Below are positions 1 through 11,520 of a stretch of DNA of 42,234 bases, in pieces. The position numbers were made by a program, and so were the translations under genes. The DNA is from Macrostomum lignano. Lineage: Eukaryota. How positions within the stretch are numbered: position 1 is the stretch's first letter; the number at the start of each line of letters is the position of its first letter. The stretch lies in the NCBI GenBank assembly GCA_002269645.1, contig NIVC01000683.1, positions 1 through 42,234 on the forward strand, written 5' to 3'. Under the pieces are notes generated by a model. The model had not been told where the DNA came from and did not search any database. It saw only the letters and a list, made by a program, of their open reading frames with translations.

Positions 1-95
1 AAATTATTGAAGCAAATGTGATAGAAAAGTGAACATTTTATTTGTAGTCCTATGTACTCACTTTCTTTAATTGCTATTAGTTAAGCAACCACTCT

Positions 96-795
96 AGATC
101 CTCAGTTGCTAGGCCAGCCTCCCTGATCCTCAGTTGCTGGGCCAACATCCAGATCCCCAGTGCTGAGCCAGCTCCCAGATCCTCAGTTGCTGGGCCAGCG
201 AGATCCTCAGTTGCTAGGCCAGCCTCCCTGATCCTCAGTTGCTGGGCCAGCATCCCAGATCCCCAGTTGCTAGGCCAGCCTCCAGATCCTCAGCTGTTTG
301 TTGGGCCAGCCTCCCAGATCCTCAGTTGCTGAGCCAGCCTCCCAGATCCTCAGTTGCTGGGCCAGCATCCCAGATCCCCAGTTGCTAGGCCAGCCTCCCA
401 GATCCTCAGCTGTTTGTTGGGCCAGCCTCCCAGATCCTCAGTTGCTGAGCCAGCCTCCCAGATCCTCAGTTGCTGGGCCAGCATCCCAGATCCCCAGTTG
501 CTGAGCCAGCCTCCCAGATCCTCAGTTGCTGGGCCAGCCTCCCAGATCCTCAGTTGCTGGGCCAGCCTCCCAGATCCTCAGTTGCTGAGCCAGCCTCCCA
601 GATCCTCAGTTGCTGGGCCAGCCTCCCAGATCCTCAGTTGCTGAGCCAGCCTCCCAGATCCTCAGTTGCTGGGCCAGCATCCCAGATCCCCAGTTGCTGA
701 GCCAGCCTCCAGATCCTCAGCTGTTGGGCCAGCTCTCAGATCCTCAGTTGCTGGTCCAGCCTCTCAGATCCTCAGTTGCTGTGCCAGCCTCCCTA
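96..795. repeat. 28-bp minisatellite (GGGCCAGCCTCCCAGATCCTCAGTTGCT)n, about 25 copies
   Basis: Direct reading. Explains the overlapping repetitive ORFs at 298-855. Confidence 0.97.
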
Positions 796-866
796 AATCC
801 CCAATTCAAGGCGTCAATGCTGAACGCCCGCAGCAATCCTATTGCCTATCGCTAACGCCGCAGAGA

Positions 867-1252
867 ATGTCCCAGTCGCGTTCTCGTTCGCTGTCGCGGT
901 CTCCGCGTTCGCCGCGCCTGCTTGAACGCCAGGAACTTCAACGTCGCGGCAGCTTCAGCCGCAGTCGTAGCCGCAGTCCACTAGGCGCTGGCGCTGCAGT
1001 CTTGTCAGCTCCAACGCGATCCAGGCGTCTGCAGTCCAAAAAGTTGCCATGTTGAATTTGCCCTACAGCATTGAGGTGCTACGATTGAAGAGTATTGTTA
1101 GAGAGCGATTGGGCTTCACCGGCTACCTCACTCTGTTAGAAGAACAGGGCAGATTCTCCGGCATCGGCTACATGGACTTTAGAACATATGAAGGCGCTGA
1201 GGAAGCCATTCAACGATTGAACGGCATGGACATTGATGGGCGTAGGATCAAG
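867..1252 (+). CDS. HNRNPM: hnRNP M/MYEF2/Gbp2-like RNA-binding protein, exon 1 (RS-rich N-terminus plus RRM1; apparent 1-nt frameshift at about 1038-1042)
   Basis: ATG at 867 opens MSQSRSRSLSRSPRSP...RSRSRSP. In the -1 frame KVAMLNLPYS (RNP2) ...SGIGYMDF (RNP1) ...AEEAIQRLNGMDIDGRRIK is a clear RRM. Donor AAG|GTAGAC at 1253, phase 0. Symbol is a family-level assignment. Confidence 0.75.
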
Positions 1253-1313
1253 GTAGACTGCTTGTGTTTATCAGCAACATGCTGTGGGGACTAGTGTTCT
1301 TTGTAGCCCAGTT

Positions 1314-2190
1314 TGACTGTCTATAGTGCCAATCTGACTGTCTATAGTGCCAATCTGACTGTCTATAGTGCCAATCTGACTGTCTATAGTGCCAATCTGA
1401 CTGTCTATAGTGCCAATCTGACTGTCTATAGTGCCAATCTGACTGTCTATAGTGCCAATCTGACTGTCTATAGTGACAATTTGACTGTCTATAGTGACAA
1501 GCTGACTGTCTATAGTGCCAATCTGACTGTCTATAGTGCCAATCTGACTGTCTATAGTGACAATCTGACTGTCTATAGTGACAATCTGACTGTCTATAGT
1601 GCCAATCTGACTGTCTATAGTGCCAATCTGACTGTCTATAGTGCCAATCTGACTGTCTATAGTGACAATCTGACTGTCTATAGTGCCAATCTGACTGTCT
1701 ATAGTGCCAATCTGACTGTCTATAGTGACAAGCTGACTGTCTATAGTGACAATCTGACTGTCTATAGTGACAATTTGACTGTCTATAGTGACAAGCTGAC
1801 TGTCTATAGTGCCAATCTGACTGTCTATAGTGCCAATCTGACTGTCTATAGTGACAATCTGACTGTCTATAGTGCCAATCTAACTGTCTATAGTGCCAAT
1901 CTGACTGTCTATAGTGACAATCTGACTGTCTATAGTGACAATCTGACTGTCTATAGTGACAAGCTGACTGTCTATAGTGACAATCTGACTGTCTATAGTG
2001 CCAATCTGACTGTCTATAGTGCCAATCTGACTGTCTATAGTGCCAATCTGACTGTCTATAGTGCCAATCTGACTGTCTATAGTGCCAATCTGACTGTCTA
2101 TAGTGACAATTTGACTGTCTAGTGACAATCTGACTGTCTATAGTGACAATCTGACTGTCTATAGTGACAATCTGACTGTCTACAGTGACA
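1314..2190. repeat. 21-bp minisatellite (TGACTGTCTATAGTGMCAATC)n, about 42 copies, intron 1 of the hnRNP M-like gene
   Basis: Direct reading. A unit length divisible by 3 yields the spurious (TVYSANL)n ORF. Confidence 0.97.
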
Positions 2191-2240
2191 ACTTTCTATT
2201 TTCTATTAGTAATAATGTATCTATACTACTAACTGAACAG

Positions 2241-2500
2241 GTACGCGAAGAGGTGCCTAGCGATCGGGGACGACTAGAAAGAATGGAACGCGAATCCGCC
2301 GCAGGTATCGGACGGGGAGGCGGAGGCGGAGGTGGCGGCAGGGGCAGGGACGGTGGATCCGGCTACAATCGAAGAAGCCCAGAAAGAGCCGACAGAGGAT
2401 CTGGTGGCGGCAGCGGCGGCAGTGCTCAAGCTCTGCTCAATCAGCTGGGCATTCGAGGACCAATTAGTAATAGCGTGTTTGTCAGCAATTTGGATTCGAG
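2241..2500 (+). CDS. HNRNPM: hnRNP M-like protein, exon 2 (end of RRM1, Gly/Arg-rich linker, start of RRM2)
   Basis: Acceptor CTAACTGAACAG| at 2240 continues RRIK-VREE. Encodes GRGGGGGGGGRGRDGG and NSVFVSNLDS. Donor GAG|GTAAAT at 2501, phase 2. Confidence 0.9.
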
Positions 2501-2577
2501 GTAAATTTATTAATTAATATTGTTAGCTTGATTCTGTAATATACTGTTACTGCCATTTTGATCTATTGTTTCCTTCC

Positions 2578-3540
2578 ATTCACTGAGAGTCACTCTTGAT
2601 CCGCCCCTATCCTGAAAGTCACTCCTAAACCGCCCTTTTCCCTGGGAGTCACTCCTGATCCACCATCCTCACTGAGAATCACTCCTGATCCGCCATCTTG
2701 ACTGAGAGTCACTCCTGATCCGCCATCTTCACTGAGAATCACTCCTGATCTGCCATCTTACTGAGAGTCACTCCTGATCCGCCATCCTCACTGAGAGTCA
2801 CCCCTGATCCGCCATCTTGACTGAGAGTCACTCCTGATCTGCCATCCTCACTGAGAGTCACTCCTGATCCGCCATCTTCACTGAGAGTCACTCCTGATCC
2901 GCCATCTTCAATAAGATAAGAATCACTCCTGATTCGCCATCTTCACTGAGAGTCACTCCTGATCCGCCCTTTTCCCTGAAAGTCACTCCTAAACCGCCCT
3001 TTTCCCTGGGAGTCACCCCTGATCCGCCCCTCTGAGAGTTACTTCTGATCCGCATCCTCACTGAGAGTCACTCCTGATCCGCCATCCTCACTGAGAGTCA
3101 CTCCTGATCCGCCATCCTCACTGAGAGTCACTCCTGATCCGCCATCCTCACTGAGAGTCACTCCTGATCCGCCATCCTCACTGAGAGTCACTCCTGATCC
3201 GCCATCCTCACTGAGAGTCACTCCTGATCCGCCATCCTCACTGAGAGTCACTCCTGATCCGCCATCCTCACTGAGAGTCACTCCTGATCCGCCATCCTCA
3301 CTGAGAGTCACTCCTGATCCGCAATCTTCACTGAGAGTCACTCCTGATCTGCCATCTTCACTGAGAGTCACTCCTGATCCGCCATCTTCAATAAGATAAG
3401 AATCACTCCTGATTCGCCATCCTCACTGAGAGTCACTCCTGATCTGCCATCCTCACTGAGAGTCACTTCTGATCCGCCATCCTCACTGAGAATCACCCCT
3501 GATCCGCATCCTCACTGAGAATCACTCCTGATCCACCCCC
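2578..3540. repeat. About 30-bp minisatellite (CACTGAGAGTCACTCCTGATCCGCCATCCT)n, intron 2
   Basis: Direct reading. About 30 copies, with degenerate flanks. Confidence 0.96.
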
Positions 3541-3646
3541 TCATGCGAGAATCGCTGCTATATCTTTAGCTTGATCCTAAGGTAAGTGGGATCTTGATTC
3601 CTTTAGCTTATTTTTTAAAGTAAACCGCACTAATTCAAACCTGCAG

Positions 3647-3975
3647 CGTGAACTGGCAGAAGCTCAAGGACGTGTTCCGCTTAGCCGGGCGGGTAGTGAA
3701 GGCTGACATCATCGGCGATCCTCGCAGCTCATCGGGCAAGGTGGCCGGCCTCGTTCAATTCGAGACCCCATTAGAAGCCGCTCAAGCGATCAGCATGCTA
3801 AACAATCAGATGCTTTACAATAGGCCCATGCGAGTTAGAATGGACCTGCCGGAGGGTGAACGGCCCGATGGTAAGCACCGTGGAGGCAGCAGCGGCCTGC
3901 CTGAAGGTCTTGGCGGCGTTGGAGCGGCACTGGATCAGGCCACGGCTCGGGAGCTGCAGGGCATGCTTGGCGGAG
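3647..3975 (+). CDS. HNRNPM: hnRNP M-like protein, exon 3 (RRM2)
   Basis: Acceptor CTGCAG| at 3646, phase-consistent. VNWQKLKDVFRLAGRVVKADI...GLVQFETPLEAAQAISMLNNQMLYNRPMRVRMD matches hnRNP M RRM2 from memory. Donor GAG|GTACGT at 3976, phase 1. Confidence 0.92.
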
Positions 3976-4029
3976 GTACGTAACTTCATTTTTCATGTGC
4001 GATTTTAACTGTAGATATCAGATTTGTCA

Positions 4030-4840
4030 GGCTCAAGCTAGGGGGTCAGGAGTGGTTCTCAAGCTAAGGGTCAGGAGTGATTCTCAAGCTAAGGGTCAGG
4101 AGTGATTCTCAAGCTAAGGGTCAGGATTGATTCTCAGTCGGTTAGGAGTGATTCTCAAGCTAAGGGTCAGGAGTGATTCTCAAGCTAAGGGTCAGGAGTG
4201 ATTCTCAAGCTAAGGATCAGGAGTGATTCTCAAGCTAAGGGTCAGGATTGATTCTCAAGCTAAGGGTCAGGAGTGATTCTCAAGCTAAGGGTCAGGATTG
4301 ATTCTCAGTCGGTTAGGAGTGATTCTCAAGCTAAGGGTCAGGATTGATTCTCAGTCGGTTAGGAGTGATTCTCAAGCTAAGGGTTAGGAGTGATTCTCAA
4401 GCTAAGGGTCAGGATTGATTCTCAGTCGGTTAGGAGTGATTCTCAAGCTAAGGGTCAGGAGTGATTCTCAAGCTAAGGGTCAGGAGTGATTCTCAAGCTA
4501 AGGGTCAGGATTGATTCTCAAGCTAAGGGTCAGGAGTGATTCTCAAGCTAAGGGTCAGGAGTGAATCTCAAGCTAAGGGTCAGGAGTGATTCTCAAGCTA
4601 AGGGTCAGGAGTGATTCTCAAGCTAAGGGTCAGGAGTGATTCTCAAGCTAAGGGTCAGGATTGATTCTCAGTCGGTTAGGAGTGATTCTCAAGCTAAGGG
4701 TCAGGAGTGATTCTCAAACTGAGGGGTCGGGAGTGATTCTCAAACTAAGGGTCAGAAGTGATTCTCAGGCGGTCGGGAGTGAATCTCAAGCTAAGGGTCA
4801 GGAGTGAATCTCAAGCTAAGGGTCAGGAGTGATTACCAGG
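4030..4840. repeat. 25-bp minisatellite (AAGCTAAGGGTCAGGAGTGATTCTC)n, intron 3
   Basis: Direct reading. Its reverse complement shares GAGARTCACTCCTGA with the intron 2 array. Confidence 0.96.
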
Positions 4841-4996
4841 TGCCGGATATAATGGTAGTCTTTTAGTGCAATGATGCTTTAAGTTCATAACAATACCTAA
4901 TATAGTATCGCAGTGAGTCATATAGTTTTGTGAAATCTGGATGGCATTAAATCGTTAATCAATCGATGCACTCGCTGTGCCGTCTGGTGACATCAG

Positions 4997-5298
4997 CAGA
5001 TGGTCGTCATCGCAGAGGCGGAGGAGGCGGCGTAGGAGGAGGCGGCGGAGGCGGAGGCGGAAGCACGGACACAGTGTTTGTTAGCAATCTGCCTTATAGC
5101 TACGATTGGAGCAGTCTTAAAAAGGCGTTCCGCGGCGTTGGCGGAGTTCGATTTGCCGATGTTGACATTGGGCCGGACAAGCGCAGTCTGGGCACCGGCC
5201 ACGTGCAGTTCAGCAGCTCGTCGGATGCTCGCAGAGCCGTGTCGATGATGGACGGCGTTAAAATTGAAGGCCGATCTATTCGTGTAGCGCTGCGATGA
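4997..5298 (+). CDS. HNRNPM: hnRNP M-like protein, exon 4 (poly-Gly plus RRM3, stop TGA)
   Basis: Tandem acceptor CAG|CAG| (start 4997 or 5000) in phase 1. DTVFVSNLPYSYDWSSLKKAF...GTGHVQFSSSSDARRAVSMMDGVKIEGRSIRVALR* is a C-terminal RRM as in hnRNP M. Confidence 0.9.
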
Positions 5299-7938
5299 TT
5301 GGATCGTTCGGTCGCGGTCTGAGTGGAAGGGTGGGGGCGATTTCGACTGTGGAGTATAACAATGATTCGGTTTTATTTTAAAAATGTTTTTGTTTCTCTG
5401 TCATTTATTATAACATGTTTTTGCATTCTAGTTGGTCTGTGTTGTGTTCAGTATGGATGGCAACTAAATTAATTGCAAGGTTGTCAAAAGACCTAAGCAT
5501 GAAATCTAAAACTCGGCGTTTTGTTGGCACTTAATTATATTCGCTGGTGTAATTGGCCTTCCGTACAGTATAGGGCTATAATAATTTACAGTACATCCTC
5601 TCTGCGAGACCTAGCGCAAGTCTAGCCCGTTCGGTTTTTTACGTTATATATATTAGTACTAGTGTATAAAACCCTATTAATAGTGTCGCTATGAAACGGA
5701 ACTTTTTATGTTTGGTTTTTATTCAATCCCCCTTGCACTGTCATGCATTAATAAGTTTTGTTAGTACTCTTACGTGCCCATTGTAGTTGACGTTTCTCCC
5801 ATTTTTTATGTCATCTCTTTGTGTGTCATTTCTCTCTACGTCACTCTGCTGTATTGGTTTCTACGAAAGTGATCGGTCAGTCGCTCGATCGGTGTGACGC
5901 GCCGTTGATATTTGGGTCTTGTATGCTGTTATCCGATGGTGTCGTATGGAGGTTTTTGCGCTTCGATAATGTTGGCTACGCCTTGGGCTCAGTTCGTTCG
6001 TTAAAACTGGTTTCGTATTATAACAAAAAAAACGTGAGCGTTCGGACTGCACTGCAAAACGCTATTACAACTTTTCTTTAATACATGGCGTGGCTGATGC
6101 GTTTAACGTCCGTAAAATAAGCCGTTTAATGTGCTCGCTGTGTAAAAAAACCAGATGTTGATGATTTTGAACTCGTTGATCCATTGCTATTAGAAGAGAG
6201 GAAGAACTAACGCAACGTACTTTAGATTGTCGTATAACTGCAGCAGCAAATATGGAGGCTATGGCTGGTCTGTCATCATGTCCCGTGGAGAGGATGATAA
6301 CTGAGCCTAATGCAGACTTAAGGCGACTCAAGCAAGTTCAACAGCAGGCACAAAAAGCAGCCCAATAATAGTTTGCAGCTGTCGACACGATGCTTGTACA
6401 GGTTGGTTGGTAGTACAAATGACAAGATTCGAAGCTGGTTATGAAGCTGTAAAAGGATAAACTACCTGATGAGATGAGATGAGTCTCCAGGTGCGAAAGA
6501 TTTAAATGGTATGGCGGCCGTATAGTGAAAAGTACCTCATGCAACATTGCAACTGGGGTCTTCGATGGTCTGCAAAACTGCGTTGATAAGAGTGTCCTTG
6601 GCTGTTTGTTTGCAAATTTAATAATCGAGAGAGCGCGTACGCATGAAGGTCTGGACACCTAAAAAGCTCAACAACTTCACCACCTACGTCTACATATTGT
6701 ATTCTTTTATTTGTAAGAGGTCGTTCTTTACGATTGGGGAGTTTACTGCGTTGGTAAATTTAGATGAGTTTGGCGAGCTTCCAGAGGCTGGTCATTGGTT
6801 TTCTAAGAATTGTAGACGAATTCGGTCTAAAAGACTTACAGTCAATTCATTGATCGTTTGTTTTATTTATTGATCAACAGCAGACTTCGAATTTCAGTGT
6901 TTCCATCTGTGTCGACAAGTTGGCTCGTTTGGCAGTAAGGCGACTCGCGGTTCGGCTTTGGTTGGGTCTGCTGTCTGGTGTGGCTGTCAACTCTTGTAGC
7001 ACCAGCCTGGTGTTCTGTCGGTTTTCGGTCGAGCACGAGTATTCCTCGAAGGTTGTCGGATTATGATGCGTTTTCTTAAAATTCTACTTATTTCGATGCT
7101 TCGTAAGTAGCATCATGCGGCTGCAGAATCTGCATTTATATTGCTCAAAAAATGGATCAATTTGGTGGCTAATAGCTTGTTACAAATTTTATCTAGATGT
7201 GTTTAACTTCAGTAACTAATTTATCGCGTTTTTAAAAGATTTAATTTTAATGTCAAATCTTTCGTGTTAATCTTTCAACAGTTTATCGCATTCTTTCTTG
7301 TTCGAATTTCTGCATTTTTAAATAGTGACCGCTTTTTATAAAAAATGCTAGTTTTTATTAGTATCTAATTTATGAGTACATTGGCGTTAATTAATTTTTA
7401 ATATTTAAATATTACTCGGCTATTCTTTTTTATAGCTGTTAATTAAATTTTACCTGTGGAAATGGAAACCCGATTCCTGAACATTTTACATGGTTATTAA
7501 CTAAGTCTTCTAATGGACTCATTTAGAGGTTATATCTATTCGTAAAGGCGGCCACACTTCACAACTCAAGGCTCATGGGAGAGTTGCTGAGTTGCTGTGG
7601 CTCATGGGTTTGCTCAGATACTTTGAGTTAAAGGCTCATATGGTATCTGATATCTTAGGCCAGATAGCGCAGCAAATGCGTACACGATCAAAAGCTACAT
7701 GTAGTTTATTTGTTTTTTAGCACAAAAATACCAGATTAAATTTATTCAAAAAAATGTGCCGGTTAAAAATGACCAAAATTAAGTTGTGTTTGTGTCTGCT
7801 TGTTCTTGATCTGGGATTAAAAGTTTGGAAACTTTCCGGACACGCTTCAATCGTACTCAGATGTTCAATGTCCAATTGTCCATGTTGAGCGTAACTAAAG
7901 CTATAAGCCATGAGGGCCCGCGGGGCACATGCGGCTCT

Positions 7939-8350
7939 CTCATATCCCCTCTCCCTTTCTCTCTCCTCTCCTCTTCCCTCTCCTCATCTCTCCCCTCCTC
8001 TCTCCTATCCTCTCATCTTGATCCCTTCTCCCCTCCCTCTCACTCTCATCATCTCTCCTCTCCTCTCCACTCTCCCCTCCTTCCCTCTCCCCTCATCTCC
8101 TCTCTCCTCTTCTCTACCTTCTCCTCTCTCCCCTAATCTCCATTCTCGTCTCTCCCCTCCTCTCCCTTCTCTCTCCTATCCTCTCATCTCGATCCCTTCT
8201 CCCCTCTCCTCTCTCCCCTTCTCTCTCCCCTCCTCTCCCCTCTCTCCTCTCTCTCCCTTATCCTCGTCCTCTCCTCTCTCTCCCTTCCTCCCCTCTCCTC
8301 CTCTCCTGTCTCCGCTTTCATTCCCCCCTCCTCTCTCTTCTTTCTCTTGC
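7939..8350. repeat. CT-only low-complexity homopyrimidine tract
   Basis: Almost exclusively C/T on the + strand. Gives Pro/Ser/Leu ORFs. Confidence 0.92.
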
Positions 8351-8409
8351 CCGCAGTCATGCGCTATATTCTATATTTGGCCCTATGATCGCCGACCCCT
8401 GTTACGTTC

Positions 8410-8805
8410 TTTTTTCGTTCTAATTCGATAAAACTGCATTCGATTTCGGCAAACTGTCTTTCATTTTCGGCATCAGCTACGGCCGCACATCCAAACTGCA
8501 TTCGAATTCGACAAACCGCGAGAACCGATTTCGGCAACTCGAGTTTCTATTTAGACAAACTGATATACAAACTCGGCAAACTGTATTAAAACTGCATTGG
8601 CGCTGTCGAAATTGAGCGCAGTTTGCCGAAATTGAAAATCAGTTTTTGGGTTTAGATGCGCTTTTATTTCCGTAGACAGTCTGTGGCACGAGGCGCTTGC
8701 TGCAGAAATTGAATGCAGTTTTGGATGTGCGGCCGTAGCTGATGCCGAAAATGAAAGACAGTTTGCCGAAATTCAATGCAGTTTTATCGAAATAGAACGC
8801 AAAAA
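8410..8805. mobile_element. MITE/foldback-like element with about 95-bp terminal inverted repeats
   Basis: 8410-8505 (TCGATAAAACTGCATT...TTTCGGCAAACTGTCTTTCATTTTCGGCATCAGCTACGGCCGCACATCCAAA) is the near-perfect reverse complement of about 8710-8805. No TSD identified. Confidence 0.65.
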
Positions 8806-9483
8806 GGTGTATAAGTTATAAGCTAAAGTGTAAATTTGAAAATTGTAACCATTCTAAGAGTGTAAAAGTTAAAAAGGTAGGCAGGTAGTTGGCATATTCG
8901 GTACAACTGCCGTTCGATTCTCCGGAAATCAAGAGCAACGATGTAGCCATTGTTTGCTAAAAATGAGAAGTCGTGTCAGCCTAGTACAAGAGAAGAAATC
9001 GAAATTACACTGAGACTAGCAGATAGCTAGCTATTGTATTAACGGATTGGTTTATTCTCGCTTTCTCATTTACCCTTCAAGTCTCATTTCCTATCTGAGA
9101 GGATTCTCTTTCAACCGCGCATGACAGCTCTTGCGGATGTGTTCTAAAGCCAATGGCTATTGTGTGCGGTCTGGTGCATGCATGCATGCATGTGCCTCCC
9201 CTGTATGTTTTTTTCTATTTTAGCTGCACATGTAATTCAATCGTTTCTAGCTATACTCCTGTAGCTCTTTTAGGCTTTTTTCTCACGAAGTCTGAATTCA
9301 TGCAGTCTTCATGATCTGATGGGCTTGTATGCAACGAAAGTCACGTTTTGTGGGAGTAGCTATATATATACATGTAGTAGAGAGCTTGCTAAGACACGCA
9401 GCTTTTGTCTACCAACCAAAAAGTTTTGTTTATGCTTTAAGCCGTAGCTGCAGTATACTCATACACTGTATAGCCATTACAAC

Positions 9484-9905
9484 TCCGAAAACTCGTACGA
9501 AGTCCTTCAGAGACTCGTAAGAAACCCTTTGACGACTCGTACGAAGCCATCCGAAGACTCGTAAGAAACCATTTAAAGACTCGTAAGAAGCCCTCCAAAA
9601 ACTTACGAAGCCCCCGAGGACTCGTTAGAAACCTTCCAAAGACTCGTAAAGGAAACCCTCTGAAGACTCGACGAAACCCTCCAAAGACTCGTACGAAACC
9701 CTCCAAAGACTCGACGAAACCCTCCAAAGACTCGTAAGAAACCCTTTGACGACTCGTAAGAAGCCCTCCGAAGACTCATACGAAGCCCTCCGAAGACTCG
9801 TAAGAAACCATTTAAAGACTCGTAAGAAGCCCTCTGAAGACTCGTACGAAGCCCTCCGAAGACTCGTAAGAAACCATCTGAAGACTCGTACAAAGCCCTC
9901 CCAGG
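9484..9905. repeat. Degenerate 21-22-bp tandem repeat (CCGAAGACTCGTAAGAAACCCT-like)
   Basis: Recurrent GACTCGTAMGAA core. Confidence 0.9.
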
Positions 9906-11027
9906 ATTCTTACGAATCGGCTTTCCGAAAAAGCTTCGCGGGCCGGAGTTTACCGAGCCTTGGTGTAGGCGCTCTCTAGTAGTGTACATGTACTTACATA
10001 TTAACAGCGATCGTTCAAATTCCGCTTAACTTATCCCATGCTCGACTAACCGACAAGCTATAAACTATTGCTGTCAAAAATGGCCAAGAATCTGATTGTG
10101 AGGTCCGAAGTCTCCCAAAAAAGGATACTAAAGTGGCCAGGTGCGTGTACAAGCCAACACAAAGTTTATTTTTCAAAAAAATAATCTGTGAATATAAATA
10201 TTTTATCGCCTCAAGAAAACAGTATTATAATTAACGACGTGTCATTAAAAACCATAGAATTTTGAAACATAGATGGAGCAAAGATGGGGTTGATTACATT
10301 AACTAGCGAGAGCTCCAGCTAATAGCTATCTCTCTCATACACCCGGACCCGGGTGTGAAGGTAAAAAAGCTGTTATAGCTGTATTTCGGCTGCCTCAGCT
10401 GCTTCTGTGCACAGTTTGCTTCACACCTCTTCTTTTGCAACGAGGCTTATGGGATCGCGATTTTAGAAGAAAATTAAAGTAGAAAAGACCATCGAAAAAA
10501 ACGGTAATTGTCTTCCTTTGAACAAACTAAAGCTAGGGGGTCTTTGGGTTATGAAAATAGGTCATGTGATTATTAATTGAATTTTTCTGTCTAACAGTCA
10601 AATTGCTTTTGGAAAGCGGATGCAGAGTAGCGGAGTGATTTCCGGTATTGGCTGCAGACAGAATCAGAGCTGCAGGCGGGGTCTCAGACCGCGGTAAGTG
10701 CATTAGCTAGCTGGCCGCATTGCCGTATCCGCAGCTGATAGAATGCCTTTTAGCCATCTGCCATCTGCTCTCCTAAAATCTGTTGTGTGGTTGATTTCGT
10801 GTAGCTATGGGCCAAGGTCGATTCACTGACTATGTGCAATAATGCAGTTTGACTCTACTCATTTTTAGATCATAAAGGCATTACATAGGGATGGAGGCAA
10901 ACCCCTAAGTCACCAGAGTGCACACAGCTCGAACCTTGACTGACGATTCGAAAACCAGGGCCGCTGTGCATCCTGTGTGAGCGTGTGCACTGTATGAGTG
11001 CGTGCCTGCGAACACGATTGACGCAAG

Positions 11028-11520
11028 AGTCAGTCAGAGTCAAATCCAGAGTCAGCTAAGAGTCAATCAATACTCAGTCAGAGTCAATCGAGAGTCAGCT
11101 AAAGAGTCAATCAAGAGTCAGTCAGAGTCAAATCCAGAGTCAGCTAAGAGTCAATCAATACTCAGTCAGAGTTAATCGAGAGTCAGCTACGAGCGCGTAA
11201 GAGTCAATCAATACTCAGTCAGAGTCAATCGAGAGTCAGCTAAGAGTCAATCAATACTCAGTCAGAGTCAAATCCAGAGTCAGCTAAGAGTCAATCAATA
11301 CTCAGTCAGAGTTAATCGAGAGTCAGCTACGAGCGCGTAAGAGTCAATCAATACTCAGTCAGAGTCAATCGAGAGTCAGCTAAGAGTCAATCAATACTCA
11401 GTCAGAGTCAATCGAGAGTCAGTCAGGGTCAATCGAGAGTCAGTCAGAGTCAATCGAGAGTCAGTCAGAGTCAATCGAGAGCCAGTCAGAGTCAGTCGAG
11501 AGTCAGTCATTCAGAGTCAA
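11028..11520. repeat. GAGTCA-rich compound tandem repeat (GAGTCAGTCAGAGTCAATC-like)
   Basis: Direct reading. Includes a duplicated higher-order block. Confidence 0.9.

Noticed and set aside
6085-6368. Protein-like stretches (CSLCKK, DVDDFELVDPLL, EEELTQRTLDC...QVQQQAQKAAQ)
   Set aside because: They need two frameshifts to join, with no recognisable domain or coherent splice sites. At most a decayed element; a tblastx search would decide.
10332-10356. Palindrome ACACCCGG-AC-CCGGGTGT as a Helitron end
   Set aside because: The nearest CTAG is about 35 nt away, too far for the canonical arrangement.
10694-10699. Strong donor GTAAGT as the end of a non-coding first exon of Cav3
   Set aside because: Plausible, but unsupported without transcript data. 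An isolated hexamer is expected by chance in 42 kb.
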